A stretch of DNA of 24,000 bases from Ruminiclostridium sp. (GCA_017942025.1 JAGAVH010000039.1:2290-26289), one strand, 5' to 3'; shown: positions 1 to 6,751, counted from the stretch's first letter. Numbers and translations: made by a program. The notes: generated from the letters alone by a model not told the origin.

Positions 1-2
1 AC

Positions 3-974
3 GCTCACGTTGACTGCCCCGGCCACGCTGACTACATCAAGAACATGATCACTGGTGCTGCTCAGATGGACGGCGCTATCCTCGTAGTTGCTGGTACAGA
101 CGGCCCTATGGCTCAGACTAAGGAGCACATCCTTCTCGCTCACCAGGTAGGCGTTCCTGCTATGGTAGTATTTATCAACAAGTGCGACGACGTTGATGAC
201 AGCGAACTTCTCGACCTCGTTGAAATGGACATCCGTGATGTTCTTTCTCAGAACGACTTCCCCGGCGATGATATCCCCGTAATACGTGGTTCTGCTAAGG
301 TTGCTCTTGACAGCACAAGCCAGGATCCTAACGCTCCTGAATATGCTTGCATCAAGGAACTTATGGATGCAGTAGACAGCTACATTCCTACTCCTGACCG
401 TAAGGCTGATATGCCCTTCCTTATGCCTGTCGAAGATACAATGACAATCACAGGTCGTGGTACAGTTGCTACAGGTAGAGTAGAACGTGGTATTCTCAAG
501 CTCAACGATACAGTTGAAATCACAGGTCTTACAGACGAACCTAAGCAGACAGTTGTTACAGGTATCGAAATGTTCCGTAAGCTCCTCGACTACGCTGAAG
601 CAGGCGATAACATCGGTGCTCTTCTCCGTGGTGTTCAGAGAAGCGAAATCGAACGTGGTCAGGTACTCTGCAAGCCCGGCTCTATTCACCCCCACAAGAA
701 GTTCTCTGGTCAGGTTTACGTATTAAAGAAGGAAGAAGGCGGTCGTCACACACCTTTCTTCTCTAACTACAGACCCCAGTTCTTCTTCAGAACAACAGAC
801 GTTACAGGCGTTATCACACTTCCTGCTGATAAGGAAATGTGCATCCCTGGCGATAACGTAACAATGGACGTTGAACTCATCACTCCTATCGCTATCGAAG
901 AAGGTCTTCGTTTCGCTATCCGTGAAGGTGGTAGAACAGTAGGTTCCGGCGTTGTAACAAAGGTTAATGACTAA
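3..974 (+). CDS. tuf: Elongation factor Tu, 5'-truncated by window start
   Basis: Frame open from base 3 ([64 protein letters not shown]-terminal [14 protein letters not shown]). Classical EF-Tu motifs. Confidence 0.98.
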   Translation, partial: AHVDCPGHADYIKNMITGAAQMDGAILVVAGTDGPMAQTKEHILLAHQVGVPAMVVFINKCDDVDDSELLDLVEMDIRDVLSQNDFPGDDIPVIRGSAKVALDSTSQDPNAPEYACIKELMDAVDSYIPTPDRKADMPFLMPVEDTMTITGRGTVATGRVERGILKLNDTVEITGLTDEPKQTVVTGIEMFRKLLDYAEAGDNIGALLRGVQRSEIERGQVLCKPGSIHPHKKFSGQVYVLKKEEGGRHTPFFSNYRPQFFFRTTDVTGVITLPADKEMCIPGDNVTMDVELITPIAIEEGLRFAIREGGRTVGSGVVTKVND

Positions 975-996
975 TTATTAACACCTTTATATAAGG

Positions 997-1030
997 CAAT
1001 ATCCGCTTTAACGAGCGGATATTGTTTTTA
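997..1030 (+). terminator. Rho-independent terminator downstream of tuf
   Basis: caatatccgct-ttaacg-agcggatattg (11 bp perfect stem, 6 nt loop) followed by ttttta. Confidence 0.85.
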
Positions 1031-1053
1031 TATTTTTCGAAAGGAGATACGGT

Positions 1054-2379
1054 ATGCATTTACCTGAAAATATAGTGTATATAACAAATAAGCTGACAGA
1101 AAACGGCTATGAAGCTTTTGTTGTGGGTGGATGCGTGCGTGATTATCTTCTGGGGCAATGTCCCAAGGACTATGATGTTACCACATCGGCATTGCCCGAG
1201 CAGATAATAGAATGCTTCAAGGGTGAAAGACTGCTCACAAATGGTCTTAAACACGGCACAGTTACAGTTATAAGGGATGATATTCCTATTGAGATAACCA
1301 CCTATCGTATAGACGGCGATTATAAGGACCACCGTCACCCGGAAAAGGTTGAGTTTACTTCTTCCTTAAAAGAGGACTTATCACGCAGAGATTTCACAAT
1401 CAATGCGATGGCTTATTCCGAAAAAACGGGAGTAGTCGATTATTTCGGTGGCAAAGAAGACCTTGAAAACGGCATTATCAGAGCGGTAGGCAATCCCTAT
1501 AAACGTTTTGATGAGGATGCTTTAAGAATTTTAAGGGCGCTCCGATTTTCTTCCCGTTTCGGATTTGAAATAGAGAGAAATACCTCTGATGCTATTCACA
1601 GACTCAGATATCTTCTTGAAAGAATATCGGTAGAAAGAATACAGACAGAGCTTTGCGGTATTTTACTCGGGAACTGCTATGATGTTCTTTATAACTATCC
1701 TGATGTTATCTGTGAGATAATACCTGAGCTTCGTCCGTCTATAGGCTTTTTACAGCACACAAAGTATCATAACAGAACGGTATATCGTCATACTATTACT
1801 GCAACAGCCGAAAGTGACTGTGATATTATAAGCCGACTCACTATGCTGCTTCATGATATCGGAAAGCCTGACAGCTTTTATATGGAAAACGGAACGGGAC
1901 ATTTCAAGGGACACGCCCTTGTCAGCAGGGTAATCTCTGAAAAGGTGCTGAAACGCCTCAGATTCAGCAATAAAATTACCGAAGAAGTGTTATTCCTGAT
2001 AGAAAATCACAGCATAAAAATGGCGGATACGGAGAAATATATAAAAAAAGCTCTGGTAAGATATGGCGAAGAAAGATTTCTGAAGCTCATCAATATTCAT
2101 ATTTTTGATAATCTTGGCAAAGCGGAAATGTGCCTTTGGGAGAATGACTTTTTCCGCAGTATCGCACAGCATACAAAGGAATACCTTGACAGTCAGCCTG
2201 CCCTCACATTGAAATCTCTTGCCGTTAACGGCAATGACATGATGGCGCTGGGCTTTGCAGGCGCAGAGGTCGGCAAGGCTCTTCATTTTCTTATGGATGC
2301 GGTGATTGACGAGCATTGCAGGAATGAAAAAGATAAGCTTATTGAATATTTAAAAAAGAACAGAAAGAACATAAAGTAA
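1054..2379 (+). CDS. cca: CCA tRNA nucleotidyltransferase (poly(A) polymerase family with HD domain)
   Basis: Motifs AFVVGGCVRDYLLGQCPKDYDVTTSALPEQI, RRDFTINAMAY, EDALRILRALRFSSRFGFEIE, LLHDIGKP. SD aaaggag upstream. Confidence 0.93.
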   Translation: MHLPENIVYITNKLTENGYEAFVVGGCVRDYLLGQCPKDYDVTTSALPEQIIECFKGERLLTNGLKHGTVTVIRDDIPIEITTYRIDGDYKDHRHPEKVEFTSSLKEDLSRRDFTINAMAYSEKTGVVDYFGGKEDLENGIIRAVGNPYKRFDEDALRILRALRFSSRFGFEIERNTSDAIHRLRYLLERISVERIQTELCGILLGNCYDVLYNYPDVICEIIPELRPSIGFLQHTKYHNRTVYRHTITATAESDCDIISRLTMLLHDIGKPDSFYMENGTGHFKGHALVSRVISEKVLKRLRFSNKITEEVLFLIENHSIKMADTEKYIKKALVRYGEERFLKLINIHIFDNLGKAEMCLWENDFFRSIAQHTKEYLDSQPALTLKSLAVNGNDMMALGFAGAEVGKALHFLMDAVIDEHCRNEKDKLIEYLKKNRKNIK

Positions 2380-2395
2380 GGAAAGGTGACTAAAT

Positions 2396-3412
2396 ATGGC
2401 ATCAACAGATATAGGAATTGATTTAGGTACAGCTAATATTATCATTACACTTGGCAACAAGGGCATTGTTGTTAATGAACCCTCTGTGGTAGCTTATGAT
2501 AAGAAAAAGCAGTGTGTACTTGCAGTAGGTGACGAAGCATATAAAATGCTGGGAAGAACTCCGGAATATATAGTTGCGGTAAAGCCTTTAAAGGATGGCG
2601 TAGTTTCGGATAACGAAATGACTGAAGCGATGCTTATCGCCTTTATCAAAAAGGTTATCGGCAGAATAGTAAAACCCCGTATTATTCTTTGTGTTCCTTC
2701 CTCTGTAACGGACGTAGAAAAAAGAGCCGTTGTAGAAGCTGCTTTATCAGCAGGCGCAAGAAAGGTATATCTTATTGAAGAGCCTATAGCGGCGCTTATC
2801 GGTGCAGGTATTGATATTTCAAAGCCTAACGGCACAATGGTCGTTGATATCGGCGGCGGTACCGTTGATATTGCGGTGGTTTCCTTCAACGGTATTGTAA
2901 AGAGCGCTTCTTTGAAGCTGGCAGGCAACAGATTCGACTCTGCTATAGTAAAGGGTGTTACCCAGAAGTATAAAATACTTATCGGCGATAAGACAGCAGA
3001 AAACGCAAAGAAGGAAATAGCTACAGTTTATAATCCTACCGGCAAGAATAAGATAACCGTAAAAGGCAGACATCTTATCAAGGGACTTCCTGAGAGCATT
3101 GAGATAAGCGACAAGGATATCTATGAGTTCCTGATTGATGAGGTTACAGAAATCGTTGATAAAATAAAGGGAGTATTCGAACAGACTCCCCCTGAGCTTG
3201 TGGGTGATATTCTTACAAGCGGTATTATTCTGACCGGCGGCGGTGCGTTGTTAAAGGGACTCCCCGAGCTTATATCAAAGACGTTAGGTGCACCCTGCTA
3301 TGTTGCAGACGATCCTATCGAATGTGTAGCCAAGGGTGTACAGAAGGCATTCAAGCACGCCGACGAGCTTTTAGACGGTTTTGAGAAGATCTCACTTTAC
3401 AGATATAAATAA
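2396..3412 (+). CDS. MreB/Mbl-like actin-fold rod-shape determining protein
   Basis: GIDLGTANIIITLGNKGIVVNEPSVVAYD, ILCVPSSVTDVEKRAV, VYLIEEPIAALIGAG, MVVDIGGGTVDIAVVS, GIILTGGGALLKGLPE are MreB-family motifs. Confidence 0.88.
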   Translation: MASTDIGIDLGTANIIITLGNKGIVVNEPSVVAYDKKKQCVLAVGDEAYKMLGRTPEYIVAVKPLKDGVVSDNEMTEAMLIAFIKKVIGRIVKPRIILCVPSSVTDVEKRAVVEAALSAGARKVYLIEEPIAALIGAGIDISKPNGTMVVDIGGGTVDIAVVSFNGIVKSASLKLAGNRFDSAIVKGVTQKYKILIGDKTAENAKKEIATVYNPTGKNKITVKGRHLIKGLPESIEISDKDIYEFLIDEVTEIVDKIKGVFEQTPPELVGDILTSGIILTGGGALLKGLPELISKTLGAPCYVADDPIECVAKGVQKAFKHADELLDGFEKISLYRYK

Positions 3413-3450
3413 AAAATTGCGATTTGTCGCTCCGCTTAGGGTTATTGTAG

Positions 3451-3477
3451 CCCCAATCCCCCTAACCCCCTTTCCCC
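3451..3477 (-). other. Putative G-quadruplex motif (minus strand); C-rich i-motif on plus strand
   Basis: Minus strand reads GGGG-AAA-GGGGG-TTA-GGGGG-ATT-GGGG: four tracts of at least four G with 3 nt loops. Confidence 0.7.
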
Positions 3478-3490
3478 TGATGGAAATATA

Positions 3491-3864
3491 TTTCGGCAAA
3501 ATAGGATTTTGCCGAAATGGTCGCAGTTCTGCGAACTGCTGGGGCTGGGAGCAGTCCGATAGGACTGCGTAACTTTCTGAAAATGCAATTTTCGGAAAGT
3601 ATGGGCTCGCCGCCCCTGCAGCAGTCTGAAAGACTGCGACGGTCTTTAGACCAATGACCTCTGCTTGGGGCTTCGCCCCAGCTGTCCAACGGACAGCGAC
3701 GCCCTTCAGGGCAATGAAACATCCCGTTTATATCGGCGTTTGTGGGCAATTTATCGCAATGTTTTAAATCATCAACTGTAGGGGGCGACCTCCCGGACGC
3801 CCCGCCGCCGAAAACAGTGGTCCGCATGACTGCGACCATTTTTGAAATCTTTGATTTCAAAAAT
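3491..3864. repeat. Composite hairpin-rich intergenic element (about ten short-loop hairpins with imperfect inverted arms)
   Basis: Hairpins read directly: 3491-3517 (12 bp), 3523-3539 (7), 3551-3568 (7), 3572-3600 (13, one G-T), 3621-3637 (7), 3641-3652 (5), 3666-3680 (6), 3681-3697 (7), 3701-3712 (5), 3838-3864 (12). An imperfect one lies at 3782-3803. Left arm 3518-3541 matches the reverse complement of 3815-3838 at 19/24. Confidence 0.8.
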
Positions 3865-3924
3865 ATAGGAATCTGCCCACGGGTGCAAACCGCCGTCAAA
3901 CCGTAAGTTATCGTTCTTTAAACA

Positions 3925-3958
3925 AAAAAGCTGAAATGCAGATGCATTTCAGCTTTTT
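3925..3958. terminator. Bidirectional rho-independent terminator between mreB-like and XRE genes
   Basis: aaaaagctgaaatgca-ga-tgcatttcagcttttt: 16 bp perfect stem with A tract 5' and T tract 3'. Overlaps the stop codon of the minus-strand XRE gene. Confidence 0.85.
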
Positions 3959-4199
3959 AATATATCTCTTGTTCAAGATTTTTAAACAGGTCACAATCGA
4001 AAAATTCTATGACTGTCATCTGTAGCCCGTCACATAATTTTTTAATGGTGACGATACCTATATTTTTTGCTTTTTTATTTACTATATCATTAACGGTTGA
4101 CTGGGTTACTGCGGATATGGTGCATAGCTTGTTTACTGTTATATCACGTTCCTTGCAAAGCTCTAAAATGCGTTCTGCAACTGCCTCGGAAATATACAT
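3957..4199 (-). CDS. Small XRE-family helix-turn-helix transcriptional regulator (80 aa)
   Basis: VAERILELCKERDITVNKLCTISAVTQSTVNDIVNKKAKNIGIVTIKKLCDGLQMTVIEFF matches the HTH_3/XRE layout. SD agaaagga upstream of the ATG on the minus strand. Confidence 0.88.
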   Translation of the reverse strand: MYISEAVAERILELCKERDITVNKLCTISAVTQSTVNDIVNKKAKNIGIVTIKKLCDGLQMTVIEFFDCDLFKNLEQEIY

Positions 4200-4250
4200 A
4201 TCATCAAATCCTTTCTAATTAGATGATAGCATAATTTTATGCAATTTATT

Positions 4251-4264
4251 AACGGTTAACCGTT
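4251..4264. promoter_or_regulatory. Operator-like palindrome 1 (AACGGTTAACCGTT)
   Basis: Perfect 14 bp palindrome overlapping the -35 box (4263-4268) of the plus-strand promoter, in the divergent region next to the XRE gene. Confidence 0.65.
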
Positions 4265-4291
4265 GACATTTGAATATTTTTGTGATATAAT
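4263..4291 (+). promoter_or_regulatory. Consensus sigma-70/sigma-A type promoter
   Basis: TTGACA (4263-4268), 17 bp spacer, TATAAT (4286-4291): both hexamers perfect. Confidence 0.85.
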
Positions 4292-4295
4292 CAAC

Positions 4296-4313
4296 TTAAC
4301 GGTAAACCGTTAA
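4296..4313. promoter_or_regulatory. Operator-like palindrome 2 (TTAACGGT-AA-ACCGTTAA)
   Basis: 8-2-8 inverted repeat over the expected transcription start. Core AACGGTAAACCGTT matches palindrome 1; centres are 47 bp apart. Confidence 0.65.
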
Positions 4314-4353
4314 TAAAATTTAGTGATTACGTGAGTAATCGGGAGGTAAAATT

Positions 4354-4815
4354 ATGGAAAAATCAAGATCTGCAAATTCAATCCGCAGCTTTGGAGCATC
4401 GTTATTGGTAGTAGGATTTATTATTACAGCGATAGTTGCTGTATCTTTCTGGATAACAGGCGCTTCAATCGAGTATTCGATAAGAAATATATTTCAGCCA
4501 ATGTTTGTCGGAATGGGCATCGGCACACTTGTAATCGGTGGTACCGTATCTGTATTTTTGTATTTTTTATTTGTTTCGTTGTCCGAAATCGTAAAAAATA
4601 CTGAAATTACCCAGCAGTATGCAAAGAAAATTTATGAATCAGGTAACGATGATGATAGTAGTAAAAATTCTGCTACAGCTTTACATAGCAATAATTCTGG
4701 TAGCTTCAGACAGCAGGCTTTATCAGCGAACAACAATCGTTGGACTTGTCAGAAGTGTAATTCACAAAATTCTTATGCAGATATGTTCTGCCAGAATTGT
4801 GGCGCAAACAAGTAA
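4354..4815 (+). CDS. Small membrane protein with two predicted TM segments and a C-terminal zinc ribbon/finger
   Basis: Hydrophobic segments FGASLLVVGFIITAIVAVSFWITG and MFVGMGIGTLVIGGTVSVFLYFLFVSL; C-terminal WTCQKCNSQNSYADMFCQNCGANK (W-x-C-x2-C-x3-N-x6-C-x2-C). SD gggaggt upstream. Confidence 0.8.
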   Translation: MEKSRSANSIRSFGASLLVVGFIITAIVAVSFWITGASIEYSIRNIFQPMFVGMGIGTLVIGGTVSVFLYFLFVSLSEIVKNTEITQQYAKKIYESGNDDDSSKNSATALHSNNSGSFRQQALSANNNRWTCQKCNSQNSYADMFCQNCGANK

Positions 4816-4819
4816 CACA

Positions 4820-4848
4820 AAAGCTCAGATGCGGTGCATCTGAGCTTT
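4820..4848 (+). terminator. Terminator-like hairpin after the zinc-ribbon protein gene
   Basis: aaagctcagatgc-ggt-gcatctgagcttt: 13 bp perfect stem with 3 nt loop. Only a short T run, inside the stem. Confidence 0.6.
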
Positions 4849-4862
4849 AAACTTTATAATCC

Positions 4863-4997
4863 ATCCGCTGAAAGCGGATACCTCAACTTCGTGCGAAGCA
4901 CGAAATATCACTTTTGCCGTAGGCAAAAATATCACACTATGCGAAGCATAGTATATCACCGAAGCCGCAGGCTTCGATATAACTGCGGCGAAGCCGC
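4863..4997. repeat. Tandem array of six GNA-triloop hairpins with ATATCAC spacers (24 bp period)
   Basis: Stems/loops: atccgct-gaa-agcggat (4863-4879); ttcgtgc-gaa-gcacgaa (4888-4904); ttttgcc-gta-ggcaaaa (4912-4928); actatgc-gaa-gcatagt (4936-4952); cgaagcc-gca-ggcttcg (4960-4976); gcggc-gaa-gccgc (4985-4997). Spacers atatcac at 4905-4911, 4929-4935, 4953-4959; atataac at 4977-4983. Confidence 0.93.
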
Positions 4998-5636
4998 TTA
5001 ATATCCCAGTTCCTCCGCAATAAAGATAACTTTTATTCTGTCCTTATCTCTCTGATGTGCCATAATTACGTAGTCATTGCAGATTCTGTCACTGCTGTTA
5101 CAATGACCACAGCGTCCTGTCATAGCGCAGGGCGTTTTTTTATTCAGTCTTATGCAGTTTGCAGGGGAGGCTATTGTTTCAAGTCTGTCTACTGCGGCGT
5201 GAAGGTCAGTTACAATTTTATTGAGGCCTGCCACAACTATAACCTGCTTGGGACCGAATATCATAGCGGCTACTCTGTTGCCGTTTCCGTCAACATTGTA
5301 AAGCTCGCCGAATTCTGTTACTGCGTTGGTACTTGTAAAGTAAGTATCGGCTGTGAACGCCTTTCTCATAAGAACGCCTACTTCACTTGCCGGAACATTG
5401 TCACGGTCAAGATAGATACCCTTGTAGTTTTCGTTAAGCCATTCCTGAATGCCTGTATCACGGAGAGTCATAGAGCCGCCTGATAAAATCATTTTATCGT
5501 CCTTTATAAGCTCCTTTATGATTTCCTTTGCCTCATCAGCGGTATCTACAAGATAGCCCTTCATATTGTTTTTTTCAAGTGCGGCGATAACCTTGCCTGC
5601 ACGCTTTTTTAATGATTCCTTTACAATTGCATCCAT
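4998..5636 (-). CDS. LUD-domain protein (LutC/YkgG-type, lactate utilisation-like)
   Basis: ILSGGSMTLRDTGI, TADTYFTSTNAVTEFGELYNVDGNGNRVAAMIFGPKQVIVVAGLNKIVTDLHAAVDR, C-terminal CAMTGRCGHCNSSDRICNDYVIM. Confidence 0.85.
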   Translation of the reverse strand: MDAIVKESLKKRAGKVIAALEKNNMKGYLVDTADEAKEIIKELIKDDKMILSGGSMTLRDTGIQEWLNENYKGIYLDRDNVPASEVGVLMRKAFTADTYFTSTNAVTEFGELYNVDGNGNRVAAMIFGPKQVIVVAGLNKIVTDLHAAVDRLETIASPANCIRLNKKTPCAMTGRCGHCNSSDRICNDYVIMAHQRDKDRIKVIFIAEELGY

Positions 5637-5712
5637 TTTTATAGCTTCCTTTCTGTCTTTGATTCCTTTAAAATAAATATAGCATATTTTTTTAAAAAAG
5701 TCTATATAGTAA

Positions 5713-5741
5713 TGGACATTTTTTTAAAAATATGTTACAAT
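5713..5741 (+). promoter_or_regulatory. Putative promoter for manA
   Basis: TGGACA (5713-5718), 17 bp, TACAAT (5736-5741). Confidence 0.6.
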
Positions 5742-5791
5742 AGAAAAGAGTATAATTTGAAGAGAATACAAATTTTATATAACCGAAAGGA

Positions 5792-6751
5792 ATGACCAAA
5801 ATGGAAATTTTAAAGCTTACAGCACCCTGCAAGGACTATTTATGGGGTGGTAACAGATTAAGAGAAGAATACGGCAAGAAGTCAGAAGCCGATAAGATAG
5901 CGGAGAGCTGGGAGCTTTCCTGCCATAAGGACGGCGAAAGTGTTATCGCAAACGGTAAGGATAAGGGAAAGACTCTTACACAGTACATAGCTGAAAACAA
6001 ATCCGCACTCGGAACAAACTGTGACAGATTTGAATATTTTCCTATACTAATAAAGCTTATTGACGCAAAGGATAACCTTTCTGTTCAGGTTCATCCCGAT
6101 AATGACTATGCAATGCGCGTCGAGGGCGAATACGGTAAGACAGAAATGTGGTATATAGTAGACTGCAATGACGACGCAAAGCTCATTTACGGCTTTGACA
6201 AGGAAATTTCAAGAGAAGAATTTGCAAAGCGCATCGAGGAAAACACTCTTCTTGAAGTAACAAACAACGTGCCCGTACATAAAGGAGATGTATTCTATAT
6301 CACAGCAGGTACACTTCACGCTATCGGTAGCGGAATACTGATTGCTGAAATCCAGCAGAATTCCAATACCACCTACAGAGTATATGATTACGGTAGAGTA
6401 GGTGCTGACGGAAAACCCAGACAGCTCCATGTTGAAAAGGCTGTAGAGGTAACAGAGCTTTGCCAGCCGAAATATGATACAAAGCCTGAAGGAAAGCCCG
6501 AAAAGATTGAGGGCGGTGAAAAGACTCTGCTCCGCTCCTGCGAATATTTCAATGTAAATAAAATAAAGGTAAGCGGTGAAGTAATGCTTTCCGCTACAGA
6601 AAAATCCTTCAACAGTATTTTAGTGCTGGATGGTAAGGGCGAAATAAACGGACAGGAAGCAAATAAGGGCGACAGCTTCTTTATTCCCGCTTCTTTCGGA
6701 GAATATAAAGTAAGCGGCGACCTTGAAATAATCGTTACAGACATAATTTAA
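5792..6751 (+). CDS. manA: Mannose-6-phosphate isomerase, class I (true start probably ATG at 5801)
   Basis: LSVQVHPDNDYAM, GKTEMWYIVDC, PVHKGDVFYITAGTLHAIGSGILIAEIQQNSNTTYRVYDYGR. SD gaaagga directly abuts ATG 5792, leaving proper spacing only for ATG 5801. Confidence 0.92.
   Translation: MTKMEILKLTAPCKDYLWGGNRLREEYGKKSEADKIAESWELSCHKDGESVIANGKDKGKTLTQYIAENKSALGTNCDRFEYFPILIKLIDAKDNLSVQVHPDNDYAMRVEGEYGKTEMWYIVDCNDDAKLIYGFDKEISREEFAKRIEENTLLEVTNNVPVHKGDVFYITAGTLHAIGSGILIAEIQQNSNTTYRVYDYGRVGADGKPRQLHVEKAVEVTELCQPKYDTKPEGKPEKIEGGEKTLLRSCEYFNVNKIKVSGEVMLSATEKSFNSILVLDGKGEINGQEANKGDSFFIPASFGEYKVSGDLEIIVTDII

Noticed and set aside
487-726. 79 aa antisense ORF in tuf
   Set aside because: Entirely opposite invariant EF-Tu coding sequence; no independent support.
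3462-3899. ORF of 145 aa (-) and ORF 3381..3572 (+) as real genes
   Set aside because: Both lie in the hairpin-rich element. Their translations simply read through inverted repeats, show no recognisable domain, and lack a convincing SD and conservation logic.
4619-4843. Overlapping 74 aa + ORF in the zinc-ribbon gene
   Set aside because: Alternate frame of a better supported CDS with zinc-finger motif and SD.
4863-4997. CRISPR or TIGR-like guide array
   Set aside because: The conserved part is a 7 nt linker and the variable part is self-complementary 7 bp arms. No 20-40 nt direct repeats, no unique 25-40 nt spacers, and no cas/tas genes nearby.
4863-4997. Series of rho-independent terminators
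   Set aside because: None of the six hairpins is followed by a T tract on the plus strand or an equivalent tract on the minus strand; the conventional terminator-like stem is separate at 4820-4848.
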